This document shows positions 35,390 to 47,221 of a stretch of DNA of 55,331 bases, piece after piece. Within the stretch, counting starts at the first letter, position 1. Each line of letters starts with the position of its first letter. This DNA is from Octopus bimaculoides. Taxonomy: Eukaryota. The stretch spans positions 90,067,538 to 90,122,868 of the forward strand of contig NC_068981.1 of the NCBI RefSeq assembly GCF_001194135.2, given 5' to 3'. The translations under genes and the position numbers were made by a program. The notes below the pieces were generated by a model that was not told the DNA's origin, made no database searches, and saw nothing but the letters and a program-made list of their open reading frames with translations.

Positions 35390-36635
35390 GAAACTATAGA
35401 AGAAATAGCATCCAAATTAGTTTCTGTTGGTTGATTAGTTCATGAATGCAATTGTTAAAAGTGCTTTTATTTGGAAGCTGTTAAAGATAATGGTTTGGTT
35501 TTACCGAACAATAGTTCTCATTTAACGTTGATGATTTATCGTCAAAATGATTTTTAAAAAATACTGATTGATGAAATAATTAAATTGAAGAGAAACTGTG
35601 AAATATTCAATATTTCTTTAGATGAGTGTACAGCTTTGAGTAATCGCAGCTATTTTAAAGTAAAGTTACATTTGTCTGGTAAACAGTAATAGGTAAAACA
35701 ATATCAGATTGGGTCTATGGCTTGTCAGTCTAGAAGTTCCCCATATAACCCCATATAATCACCCCATATAACCCCTCATAGCTTCTTTATTTGGGGGGAT
35801 TTTCAGAAAATTTTTGCGAATTTGTGTTCTACACACGGGAATTCATATGATTATGAAAATAATTTTTTTTCGTTTTTTCTAAACCTCCCCCCACCTCCAT
35901 CCCCATAAATCCTGAAATTTCCACTCTTTTTTTAATTATTTTAAAGTCAGAGTTTAAAAGACGGACAGTCCGAATATTTTGCTTAAATCCCGGAAATGGA
36001 TCATTAAATGTGCTTATGAGGAGAAAATATTGAAAAGCTTCAATTTATGTTAGAGTAACAAAGAAAAGAGGAAGGTATAAGGTGGGCGTAAGTTGTGCTA
36101 AAAATAACAACTAAATCGCCCCTAAATCACACACAAAATAAAATTACGGTGTTTTGCATTATTAAATGAATTCACGTGTGTAGAACACAATTTCACAAAA
36201 GTTTTCTGAAAATTACCAAAAGTAAAAAAGTTATGAGGAGTTACAAGGAGTGCTTAAATGAGAATTTCGCCCTATTCTGTTTGTTTTCTTTGTTCTTTTA
36301 AGCAGATCCACCATCCTTCGTCAGTATTGCAAGGCCTGTCACATCACCATATTACGTTTTTTTGCTAATTGAGTGGGATACAGCAACGTACATTCGTCTG
36401 GTAAATTCTGAAATTTAAGAAAGAACAGAGTTTGCCGAAGTTTGCTTGCTGAAAAATTTATTGGACTTTTAGAACCAAAACTTCCTGTATCAATCTTGAT
36501 TTGAAAACAATTATAGTTGCAGTCGTTATTGATGGAGAAAATATTATGGCTAAATTTGGTAAGAATATTAACAGCGAACATATCTAGGACTATGCATATT
36601 GCTTTCATTTGGCAGTGTGTGATGTTTTTACAAGA
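35390..36635 (+). mobile_element. hAT transposase fossil split by an insertion
   Basis: Part 1 (35390-35724): IEEIASKLVSVG...NAIVKSAFI...FNISLDECTALSNRSY. Part 2 (36444-36635): AEKFIGLLE...NLDLKTIIVAVVIDGENIMAKFGK...YCFHLAVCDV (DE and DG catalytic motifs, CxxHxxHL-like). Confidence 0.8.
35760..36252. mobile_element. ~490-bp MITE with ~87-bp imperfect TIRs (CAC termini)
   Basis: 35760-35846 is the diverged reverse complement of 36166-36252. Confidence 0.75.
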
Positions 36636-36745
36636 ACACTGAAAAATGAGATGAAGCTAATATAAGTAATAACCCTTTGATAAACCACAAGTTTTGAAGT
36701 TATATTCGAGAATGATAATCAAAATATATTATATCTATTGCAAAT

Positions 36746-37500
36746 ATGGCGGCGAGCTGGCACGACAGACAAAATGCCTAGCGGCTCTTCTTCCGTCTTT
36801 ACGTTCTGAGTTCAAATGTCGCCTGGATCGACTTTGCTTTCATCTTTTCGGGGTCGATAAAATAAGTACCAATTGAGTACTGAGGTCGATGTAATCGACT
36901 ATCCCCCAAAATTTGCAGGCGTTGTCCATATGGTAGAAAGGATTATATACTGAAAATAAGGCAGCGAGTTGGCGGAATCGTTAGCACGCCAAACAAAATG
37001 CTTAGTGGCGTATCGTCCGATTTTAAGTTCTGAGTTCATATTCCGCTGAGAGGATTTTGCCTTTCATCCTTTCAGGGATAACTACCAATTGAGCACTGGG
37101 ATCGATGTAATCGACTGGCTTCCTCCCCCAAATTTGCAGGCCTTGTGCCCAATTCAGGATCACAACATATAGGTACATTGCGGCATAATTTCTTTTCCTC
37201 AACAGGCCCTGCCCTGTTTAACATTGTCCCGAAACAGATAAAAGAGGAAACTGATCCTATCAGCTTTAAACGGAGTCTAGACAGCTTTCTTCAAAGAATA
37301 CCAGACAAGCCACCCATACCTGAATACAACTCACTCAATAAGAACTCACTACTTGAATAGACCATAGACCAAACTTGACTGTAAAAAGGATTTAGATAAT
37401 CCTATCAGGTGGTGCTATTAAGTTAGACATGGCCTGGACCAATCTTTGGTCGAAACATATCTAAGTTTTACTTAAGTTTTATGGTAGAAATGATTATATA
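36746..37500 (+). mobile_element. Two tandem family-N SINEs, the second split by a LINE fragment
   Basis: 36746-36950 and 36958-37149 plus 37480-37500 (gccttgtgcc|...|tatggtagaaatgattat). Confidence 0.8.
37150..37479 (+). mobile_element. CR1/L2-group LINE 3' end with 3' UTR
   Basis: Open frame ...GPALFNIVPKQIKEETDPISFKRSLDSFLQRIPDKPP...NKNSLLE*, short UTR, (taagttt)-type tail. Confidence 0.85.
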
Positions 37501-37577
37501 CACTGCAATTGCCAATGTAATTAATAATTAAATCACTCTGCAGAAAATTGAACTAAGTGAAATAGTTCTTGTTACAG

Positions 37578-37618
37578 ACGACCCTTCTGCTGATGAACTT
37601 CTAAGCATTTGCCATGCC
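37578..37618 (+). CDS. Weak candidate 41-nt exon (xDPSADELLSICHA)
   Basis: Acceptor gttcttgttacag|, donor GCC|gtaaag, open frame; could be chance. Confidence 0.15.
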
Positions 37619-37844
37619 GTAAAGAGAAGTTTCTAGCAAAAGTAAAAGAAGAAAGCACAGTTGAGATCTTTTCATACACTCGGTTTACCGTGATTAACTG
37701 CACCATTTCACTCACAAGGCTGGAATCAAGGCAAGGTTGTGATTAAAAAACACTTCACCAAGATGTCACCCTGCAGAATCGAACTCAAAACTTTGTGCTT
37801 AGGAAACGTAATTATCGATTGTTCGGTTATCTCGAATCCTTATA

Positions 37845-38200
37845 TTCATTTCAAATTTTGGCACAATGCCAGTAATTTTGGGGGAAGGAACAAGTCGATT
37901 AAATCGACCCCAATGCTCAACTGGCACTTATTTTATCGACACCGAAAAGATTAAAGGCAAAGTCGACCTCGGTGACATTCGAACCCAGAACGTAAAGACA
38001 GACGAAATGCCGCTAAGCATTTTGCCCGGCATGCTAACAATTCTGCCAGCTCGCCGCCGTGTAGCATCTTTATATTGACACAAGATGTTTAAGGGATCGA
38101 CGATTAAATAGCCTTCAGTAATTGACTTGTACTTATTTTATCTATCCCAGAAAGAGAAAAAAAGCCAACGTCGACGTATGTAGAAGTTGAACTCAAAACG
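37845..38200 (-). mobile_element. Two family-N SINEs (37845-38058; degraded 38080-38200)
   Basis: tttcaaattttggcacaatgcc...aaagtcgacctcgg...ttctgccagctcgccgcc. Confidence 0.8.
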
Positions 38201-38310
38201 TTAAGTAAGGTTGATAAATACGGTGCTGCATTTCTCACGCTACTATTTCTCGATCACCGACCCCACCACCTCACTCCCTTTGAATGATATTCTTTTGTTC
38301 TTATTTATTT

Positions 38311-38580
38311 TATTTTACTTCTTCCAGTCATTAGACGGTGGTCATATTGGGGCACTGCCTTACAGAATTTTAGTCGAATGAATCGACCCTAGCACTTCTT
38401 TTAAAGCATGGTACTTATTCTATCGGCCACTTTGCCGAACTGCTAAGTTGCGTGGAGGTAAACAAACCAACACCGGTTGTCAAGTGGTAGTGGGGGACAA
38501 ATACACACAATCACACACACACATATATATATACATACACATATATTGATATGTGCATGTGTATATATATATATATATAC
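38311..38580 (-). mobile_element. SINE family A, 3' part
   Basis: tttacttcttccagtcatt...tttagtcgaatgaatcgacc...tgtcaagtggtagtgggggacaaa. Confidence 0.75.
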
Positions 38581-38817
38581 ACATTAGAACTACCAAATAG
38601 CCGGTAGTATTCCAAGTCTAAAAGTCAACGGTTTACTTATGAGGGCAGCGATTATATATCACCTGAGGAGATACAACTGGATCCCATTATACAGGTAAAC
38701 CGTTGCTTAGTTTAAATCCTGTGTATATGTGGATCTATGTTATATCGAAACATATGTAGTGTTTATTAAATAGCTGTTTAAACGTACTCCTTCCTGTTGA
38801 CTCTATTTATTCAATTT

Positions 38818-38875
<58 letters not shown>

Positions 38876-38876
<1 letters not shown>

Positions 38877-39389
38877 TACCCCTTGTTAAGTCGTTTCGAC
38901 TTACGTCATTTTCGAAAATACGGCGGTCTTTCTAAAATATAATATATTAATTTACGTCGCCTGGCAAAACAGCAATAACGTTCATACTATAGTGTACTGT
39001 CAGTTCCAGGTTGTATCGATTAGTTACGTTTGTATTCGTCTTTGGGAAATAAATGAAAAAGCAATAGAAACATATAATCTGTATAGCAGTATGCATCATT
39101 GATCCCGATTTCGTCGTTCTACGTTGAAGGAAAGGCAAGAGGCTTTTTCTCATTTAGATAAATGTCTTGCTTTATTTGAGGAAATGGATCCCAATGCACA
39201 ACGTTTTGTAAAAATATTAGTTGTCAAGATACTATTTCACCATAATACCTAATCCTTGAAGAGAAGAGAAAGACAATTCAAGGACCTTTAGACAAGTTCG
39301 CACAACGATCTACACTATCACAACAGGAGTCAACTGACGATCCCCAGCCATCGACATCTAGTGTGTAATCTCCTCTCCGTCCTCCTCCT
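38876..39389 (+). mobile_element. Tigger/pogo deletion derivative with C-terminal transposase fragment
   Basis: Terminus tacccccttgttaagtcgtttcgacttacgtc next to (GATA)n; TLKERQEAFSHLDKCLALFEEMDPNAQRFVK and LEEKRKTIQGPLDKF...DDPQPSTSSV* (39121-39368). Confidence 0.75.
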
Positions 39390-40367
39390 NNNNNNNNNNN
39401 NNNNNNNNNNNNNNNNNNNNNNNNNNNNNNNNNNNNNNNNNNNNNNNNNNNNNNNNNNNNNNNNNNNNNNNNNNNNNNNNNNNNNNNNNNNNNNNNNNNN
39501 NNNNNNNNNNNNNNNNNNNNNNNNNNNNNNNNNNNNNNNNNNNNNNNNNNNNNNNNNNNNNNNNNNNNNNNNNNNNNNNNNNNNNNNNNNNNNNNNNNNN
39601 NNNNNNNNNNNNNNNNNNNNNNNNNNNNNNNNNNNNNNNNNNNNNNNNNNNNNNNNNNNNNNNNNNNNNNNNNNNNNNNNNNNNNNNNNNNNNNNNNNNN
39701 NNNNNNNNNNNNNNNNNNNNNNNNNNNNNNNNNNNNNNNNNNNNNNNNNNNNNNNNNNNNNNNNNNNNNNNNNNNNNNNNNNNNNNNNNNNNNNNNNNNN
39801 NNNNNNNNNNNNNNNNNNNNNNNNNNNNNNNNNNNNNNNNNNNNNNNNNNNNNNNNNNNNNNNNNNNNNNNNNNNNNNNNNNNNNNNNNNNNNNNNNNNN
39901 NNNNNNNNNNNNNNNNNNNNNNNNNNNNNNNNNNNNNNNNNNNNNNNNNNNNNNNNNNNNNNNNNNNNNNNNNNNNNNNNNNNNNNNNNNNNNNNNNNNN
40001 NNNNNNNNNNNNNNNNNNNNNNNNNNNNNNNNNNNNNNNNNNNNNNNNNNNNNNNNNNNNNNNNNNNNNNNNNNNNNNNNNNNNNNNNNNNNNNNNNNNN
40101 NNNNNNNNNNNNNNNNNNNNNNNNNNNNNNNNNNNNNNNNNNNNNNNNNNNNNNNNNNNNNNNNNNNNNNNNNNNNNNNNNNNNNNNNNNNNNNNNNNNN
40201 NNNNNNNNNNNNNNNNNNNNNNNNNNNNNNNNNNNNNNNNNNNNNNNNNNNNNNNNNNNNNNNNNNNNNNNNNNNNNNNNNNNNNNNNNNNNNNNNNNNN
40301 NNNNNNNNNNNNNNNNNNNNNNNNNNNNNNNNNNNNNNNNNNNNNNNNNNNNNNNNNNNNNNNNNNN

Positions 40368-40623
40368 AGGGGATGGTGGCGAACTCTGCTGTACTCTTTC
40401 ACCACAACTTTCTCTCACTCTTACTTCCTGTTTCTGTTGTGCCTGTAATTCAAAGGGTCAGCCTTGTCACACTGTGTCACGTTGAATATCCCCGAGAACT
40501 ACGTTAATGGTACACGTGTCTGTGGAGTGCTCAGCCACTTGCATGTTAATTTCACAAGCAGGCTGTTCCGTTGATCGGATCAACTGGAACCCTCGACGTC
40601 GTAAGCGACGGAGTGTCAACAAC
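40368..40623 (+). mobile_element. SINE family B, 3' part
   Basis: ggggatggtggcgaac...gtcgtaagcgacggagtgtcaacaac. Confidence 0.9.
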
Positions 40624-41063
40624 ATGTATGTATGTATGTATGTATGTATGTATTGGTGAAGGTGCATAGCCCAGTGGTTAGAGTGTTGAGCTCACAATCA
40701 TGAGGTATATTTATATGTCTATATATTTCGTATCTTATGAGAAACGACTCCTCCAACATAGGCTACTTTATGCTTATATTTATACATTACACTGGGAAAC
40801 AGGGTTTTTGCCGTTTGATGTTGGAGACATGTTTCCTACTAATTTGGGTGAAATCCATTTTGCCCTATCACGTCAAGATTTTTCACAAACTGAGATGTCC
40901 ATTTGTCAACATTTCTGGTATTGTCACTATTTCTAAGGATAGATTGGACTTTATCAAATGCGAACCCATGTATGGAGCTTGACATAACTTTGGAAACCTA
41001 GTTTTTCAATGTCATTTAAAGTAAATACAACTACAAAAGTGAAAACAAAAGTTATAATTTAAG

Positions 41064-41098
<35 letters not shown>

Positions 41099-41120
41099 CA
41101 ACAACAACAACAACAACAAC

Positions 41121-41270
41121 ATCGGAAAATACCTTAGGAATGAGAACCCATGTTCGAAATTTCTTCAAGACACCTGCTGGGCTGGAGGGTATATCAGCCA
41201 AAACGTTGTGTTAACAACAAACAAGATGTGGACAAATACCCGTCAATTGTAAATAATGTAAATAATGTAG
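41121..41270 (+). mobile_element. Penelope-type terminal repeat with a decayed hammerhead-like core
   Basis: gacacctgctg-ggctg-gagggtatat-cagcc-aaaacgttgtgt, preceded by (AAT)n(AAC)n. Confidence 0.5.
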
Positions 41271-41570
41271 AATCGAGGAAATTCTAAAAATTCACATATT
41301 TAAGGTCTATCTATGTCTATTAGTGGTCTGCTCTCGGCCAGGTCCTATACATGTGAACCTTCTCCAACGCCCTCTGTACAACCTGAGATTACTCGTACCC
41401 TCGCCTGCCGTGGTTAAGTAGATTACTGGAACTTCGTCTACCATGTCGACCTGGGATGAATATTAGAGTGGTTTTCCCGTTGCCTTCTCCACACAGATGG
41501 GATTTGAACCGGAATATATACTGTAAAGCATCTCTAACGACGCGCCGATGATTCTGCCACTCTCCCACCC

Positions 41571-41693
41571 ACAGCGAAACGTGAAATGAAGTGTTTTCCT
41601 GAAGAACACAGCGCACTTCCCAGTCCGGGAATCGATCCCACGATCGCTACATCGTGAGTTCAACACCCTAACCACTAGACCACACGCCTTCAC
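41571..41693 (-). mobile_element. SINE family C, head and CORE
   Basis: Minus gtgaaggcgtgtggtctagtggttaggg...gatcgattccc...gttcttcaggaaaacacttcatttcacgtt. Confidence 0.7.
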
Positions 41694-43001
41694 ATATTTA
41701 AGCGAAAGGAAAATCTGTGGAGCCTTGAATAATAGTAAATAAGTGTAAGATATTGATATTCCAATCTATGGGATACAAGTTCCAGTAGAACAAATAATCA
41801 GAATGGCCGCTAACTGAAAATCCAATCGATAAGTCTAGCACAATCTCGGTATACTAAGGTTTCTCTTAATAATGTCTTAATATCAGTTTAAATATACATC
41901 AAATTTGATAGGTTTCTGTCCCATATGGTACAACAGAGGCGAAAAACTAGGCCATCAGATAGCTGCAACTGTAAGACAATATTGTGAGTTTCAAACAACG
42001 TTTTCAGTTGCATATGTAATATATACGTGNNNNNNNNNNNNNNNNNNNNNNNNNNNNNNNNNNNNNNNNNNNNNNNNNNNNNNNNNNNNNNNNNNNNNNN
42101 NNNNNNNNNNNNNNNNNNNNNNNNNNNNNNNNNNNNNNNNNNNNNNNNNNNNNNNNNNNNNNNNNNNNNNNNNNNNNNNNNNNNNNNNNNNNNNNNNNNN
42201 NNNNNNNNNNNNNNNNNNNNNNNNNNNNNNNNNNNNNNNNNNNNNNNNNNNNNNNNNNNNNNNNNNNNNNNNNNNNNNNNNNNNNNNNNNNNNNNNNNNN
42301 NNNNNNNNNNNNNNNNNNNNNNNNNNNNNNNNNNNNNNNNNNNNNNNNNNNNNNNNNNNNNNNNNNNNNNNNNNNNNNNNNTTCCGATCTAAAATGGATA
42401 ATTAGTGTTTAATAATTATTTATTGATAAATTGATAATCATTTTTTCCTACTGCATTTATAAGTTATGAGCAAAATATCATCAGGGGAAAGTTAGACATT
42501 TATAAATTACATGTTGACCTATCTGATCATTCCAGCAGACTAAATTTATGGAATTGTTTTATTTTTTATTTTTGTATGTGCGTGAGGGTTAATGAATTGA
42601 TTTAAGTATGATAGAATAAAGTAAAATAAAAAAATAATATAAAATAAGAAGTAGAATAAAAATAGAAAAATAAAACATAAAATAAAGAAATAAAAATAGA
42701 ATAAAAATAATATAAGGTAGAATAGAATATATACATATATAGGTACTTATGTACATATAGACATACATATATAGAATATAGATAATTATATACATACATA
42801 TATATACATACATACACATATATATAAAGAAACTATATATGAAATTTTTATGTTAATTCATACTTATTGGTTGAAGTAATTTAAATTTGTGTACATATGG
42901 TTAAGCGTTTCTGCAAAATATCTAATCATAATGATTTATCAGTATATCCGTGTGTGCAGAATTATATGGCAATAAAAGACTCACAGTTATAAGCAAGTAT
43001 A

Positions 43002-43045
<44 letters not shown>

Positions 43046-43562
43046 GTAACAAACTGAGGGAAAGAAATCCTTCAAAAGGGTGTAAGATTGAATAGTCAAC
43101 GCCCACGCTCATAACAGACATTTGAATTAATTTTTACAATCCAGTCGTCCTTTCAGATGGGATTTCGTCTTTCTGAACCAAGGACCCTGAAGTGACTTAT
43201 ATATAATTGAACTGTGATTGTGTATATCAGAAAAAATATATGCAAGTCGAAACAATTTGTTGGCTTTTTACGGTTTTTATAATTATTTATATAACATAAT
43301 GTTATGTTATGTTATATATTATATTTATAGTACTTAATGTAATATGAATAAATTATTGGATTGTCAATAGAATATCTCTGTATCTAATTTATCTTTATAC
43401 ATATATATATATTTCTATAAAGTATACATGCACATACATACATGCACAGATATAAAATATATAGTAAGATACAGAAATAAATTTGTTTCTCAAACGCAGG
43501 ATAATGCTATAAAATAGCGTGATCAGGATAAATTATCCATATATTGCAGAAAAATATGTTAC

Positions 43563-43636
43563 TGGCCAGCCATGAGACTCGAACTCATATCTTTGTGATT
43601 ACGCGTCAAGTGTTTTACCATTAAACTAAACTGCCC
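43563..43636 (-). pseudogene. tRNA-like sequence (possibly Thr-CGT derived; SINE head or tRNA pseudogene)
   Basis: Minus ggcagtttagtttaatggtaaaacacttgacgcgtaatcacaaagatatgagttcgagtctcatggctggcca: D-arm and perfect T-arm (atgag/ctcat); acceptor and anticodon stems broken. Confidence 0.55.
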
Positions 43637-44287
43637 AGCAACGAATTCTTCTGCAATTTTAGAACTTATAAATTTAGCTTCATAAGACGCTAACGTTAAA
43701 TTCAGCATTGAATACAATCCCCAACTGTCTTACTGTCACATCCGCCTGATGGCCTAGATTTTTTGCCCCTTATCTTATCCATTAGACGCCACAATCATAT
43801 GGAACAAAATATAATTTTGATGTATATTTAGATTCATATTATTAAGAGATGCCTTAGTAAGCTGAGATTGTGATAGACTCACTGGTAGAATTTTCAGTTA
43901 ATGACCATTCTGGTGACATGTTCTACTGAAACTTTTATCAAATAGTATGGAATATCATTATTTTGCTTGCACTTTACATTTCATATTATTCAAAGCATCG
44001 CGGTTTTACAATTCGCTATCTTAAATACCTGAGTTCTTTATCATTCCTCATTTTTCGGCCTTGATATTTTTTTATCCACATGGCTTTGTAATTTCTAATC
44101 TATCGCTTGTAATGTATATAGATTACTGTAGATACTGGCTTTATCTCTACCATAATTATTGTAATACCTTCGAATTAATTATTATACGTTGTTATTAATT
44201 CTGCTGCTGCTTTTGTTGTTATTGTTAAGGTCCGGGTCAACACTGTCTGAACAGATTTATAATTAAAGGCATTGTATATAGATACAT

Positions 44288-44500
44288 AAGGCGGCGAACT
44301 GGCAGAATCGATAGCAAGTTGGACGAAATGCTTAGCGGTATTTCGCCCGTTGCTTCGATCTGAGTTCAAATTCCGCCGAGGCCGACTTCGTTTTTCATTC
44401 TTTCGGGGTCGATAAAATGAGTACCAGTTAAACACTGGGGGTCGATGTAATTGACTCATTCCCTTCCCCCAAAATGGCTGCCCTTGTAGCAAAATTTAAA
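44288..44500 (+). mobile_element. SINE family N, full length
   Basis: aaggcggcgaactggcagaatcg...gagttcaaattccgccgagg...ggggtcgataaaatgagtaccag. Confidence 0.85.
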
Positions 44501-44566
44501 ACCATAATATGTAGATATATAAGCCAACGAGTTGGCAGAATCGCTAATATGCCGGACAAAGTGTAT

Positions 44567-44839
44567 CTCTTTTACTTGTTTCAGTCATTTGATTGCGGCC
44601 ATGCTGGAGCACCGCCTTTAGTCGAGCAAATCAACCCCACGACTTATTCTCTGTAAGCCTAGTACTTATTCTATCAGTCTCTTTTGCCGAACCGCTAACT
44701 TACAGGGATGTAAACACACCACCATCGGTTGTCAAGCGATGCTGGGGGGACAAACATAGACACACAAACATATATACACACATACATATATACATACATA
44801 TAAACGACGGGCTTCTTTCAGTTTCCGTCTACCAAATCC
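44567..44839 (-). mobile_element. SINE family A, 3' part
   Basis: ctcttttacttgtttcagtcatttgattgcggccatgctggagc...ttccgtctaccaaatcc, then a gap. Confidence 0.9.
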
Positions 44840-45113
44840 NNNNNNNNNNNNNNNNNNNNNNNNNNNNNNNNNNNNNNNNNNNNNNNNNNNNNNNNNNNNN
44901 NNNNNNNNNNNNNNNNNNNNNNNNNNNNNNNNNNNNNNNNNNNNNNNNNNNNNNNNNNNNNNNNNNNNNNNNNNNNNNNNNNNNNNNNNNNNNNNNNNNN
45001 NNNNNNNNNNNNNNNNNNNNNNNNNNNNNNNNNNNNNNNNNNNNNNNNNNNNNNNNNNNNNNNNNNNNNNNNNNNNNNNNNNNNNNNNNNNNNNNNNNNN
45101 NNNNATATGCATG

Positions 45114-45690
45114 TAAAGGTAGCGAACTGGCAGAATCTTTTGCATGGCGAACGGACAAATTGCTTAGCAGTATTTCCTCTCCAGTTTTACGTGCTGAGTT
45201 CAAATACCACCGTGATCCACTTTGTTTTACATACTTTAGGAGTCGGTAAACTAGGCCATTCCAGGATTCGAAATCACAATCGTACGATCAGGATTGCATT
45301 TTCTTCTTTATCTTTTATTTCATTCTGTGATGCACCGTACATTCCGCTATCCTTGAACGATCAGTAGCATACTATATTTCCTATGAGAAGGGTTTGTAAG
45401 CTCCTCACCCAGACCATCTCCATTTCTGGACTAAATGATGTGTTGAATGGCTCCTAAGATCCTTCTAACAGTGCCACGTTGGCCCATCCAGGAATACAGA
45501 GACAAACAAACACATAAGAAAGAGATAAAAAAATCGACATCAGTATTTGACTGTTACTTCATTTATTGACACCGAAAGGTGGAAGGCAAAGGTTACCTCC
45601 GCAGGATTTGAACTCAAAACGTATAAAAGCGGAGCAAATACTGCAAGGTATTTTATCTGGTGTTCTAACAACCCTGCCAATTCGCCACCA
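45114..45690. mobile_element. Degraded family-N SINEs (45114-45250 +, 45530-45690 -)
   Basis: aaggtagcgaactggcagaatc head; ggaaggcaaaggttacctccgcaggatttgaactc. Confidence 0.6.
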
Positions 45691-45856
45691 ATATTTCATT
45701 ACTAATATTTTGTCTTTTTTTCCTTCACGGCATACTATTTCTAGATAGATTTTAGGGTCCTTGTATTGAATACGTTAGCATTTAGCTTAACTCGCATGTT
45801 TTGGTACCCTGTCGAACCTGTCAGCTTAATTGCTTTAATGCTAATGTAATTCTAGT

Positions 45857-46053
45857 CTTTTACTTGTTTCAGTCGTTCGACTGCAGTCATGCTGGAGCAC
45901 CGCCTTTTAGTCGAACAAATCAACCCCAGGACTTATTCTTTGTAAGCCTAGTACTTATTCTACTCTATTTTGTCGAACCGCTAAGTTACGGGGACGTATA
46001 CACACCAGCATTGGTTATCAAGCGATGGTGGAGGGACAAACACATACAGACAA

Positions 46054-46102
<49 letters not shown>

Positions 46103-46266
46103 CGACGGACTTCTTTCAGTTTCCGTCTACCAAATCCAATCACAAGGCTTTGGTCGGCTCGAGGCTATACGAGAAGACACTTGCCGAAGGTGCCACGCAG
46201 TGGGACTGAACCCAGAACCATGTGGTTAGGAAGCAAGCTTCTTACCACACATCCACGCCTGCGCCT
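45857..46266 (-). mobile_element. SINE family A, full length
   Basis: Complete head (tgggactgaaccc...cttaccacac) to tail with an internal (CA)/(TA) microsatellite. Confidence 0.9.
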
Positions 46267-46930
46267 ATGACTGTAAATTTATTTTGTATTATTTTATACC
46301 TAATAATCACGGAATTTTCCCGACACGTATGTAGAAAATGTATTATACATTTCTGTATTTAGGACGGAATTTGTATTTAGTCGTCCTTAATCCAAGGATT
46401 GTCTTAAACACTACATAAATAATTTGACCATTGGCTTTCTGTGATGATTAGTGTCATGATGCGCAATGAAGAACAGGATAACCCAGTTGCATAGCCTCTG
46501 TGGTCATACCACTCAATGTTTACTAAGCAAGCTTAGAGGTGTATCCGAGAAACTGGATTATTTGTTAAGTTACTTTAAAACCATGAATATGTGTAACAAA
46601 ACCTATCTAAAGTTCCTCTAAAACCACCAGGGTACGTCTTGTTAACTCTATCTTGTCTGAGTGTTCTTTCGCTTTATCAGAGCGCTCAGCCAACTGTAGG
46701 TTATCAATATATAACTAATATAACGGTTCTCAGTGCTCTATTTACACATAAAAGCCTTTGGGATTGACCAGTTTGAGTCAGTCACGCCATTCATAATAAA
46801 CCTTGCAGGTACTTTTAGACATTGATGAACAGGGTTTCTTAATAAGCAACGAAGCTCTGGATGAAATATTAATCTTCAGCTACCTTTAAATTACATCTGT
46901 GTTCCAACTGATAGACGAAGGAAATATAAA

Positions 46931-47197
46931 CGAAGGAAATATAAAACTAGCTTTAATCTGAGAGTGGAAGTATATGTCAACTCCCACAACAAAAGAATAT
47001 GGTGTAACAAAGAATATGGTACGAGTTTGGAGATTAAAGGAAAACTTACGAAGATGTATGTGCAGGATTAAGTGTGAAATAAGATGTACTGCACACTGGC
47101 TGAATCTCTAAAACAAGTATTGGATATCTTTCGTGAGAAGTGTCAAAATGGATTCGATTTATCAAGAAATGAAATTCACTTTTTTGTACTTATATGA
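46931..47197 (+). mobile_element. pogo-type transposase N-terminal fragment (Brinker/CENP-B HTH region)
   Basis: RRKYKTSFNLRVEVY, KEYGVTKNMVRVWR, AHWLNL*, QNGFDLSRNEI resemble pogo/POGK-like DNA-binding domains. Confidence 0.7.
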
Positions 47198-47221
47198 GCC
47201 GTAACCTACTCTTCTGAAATA

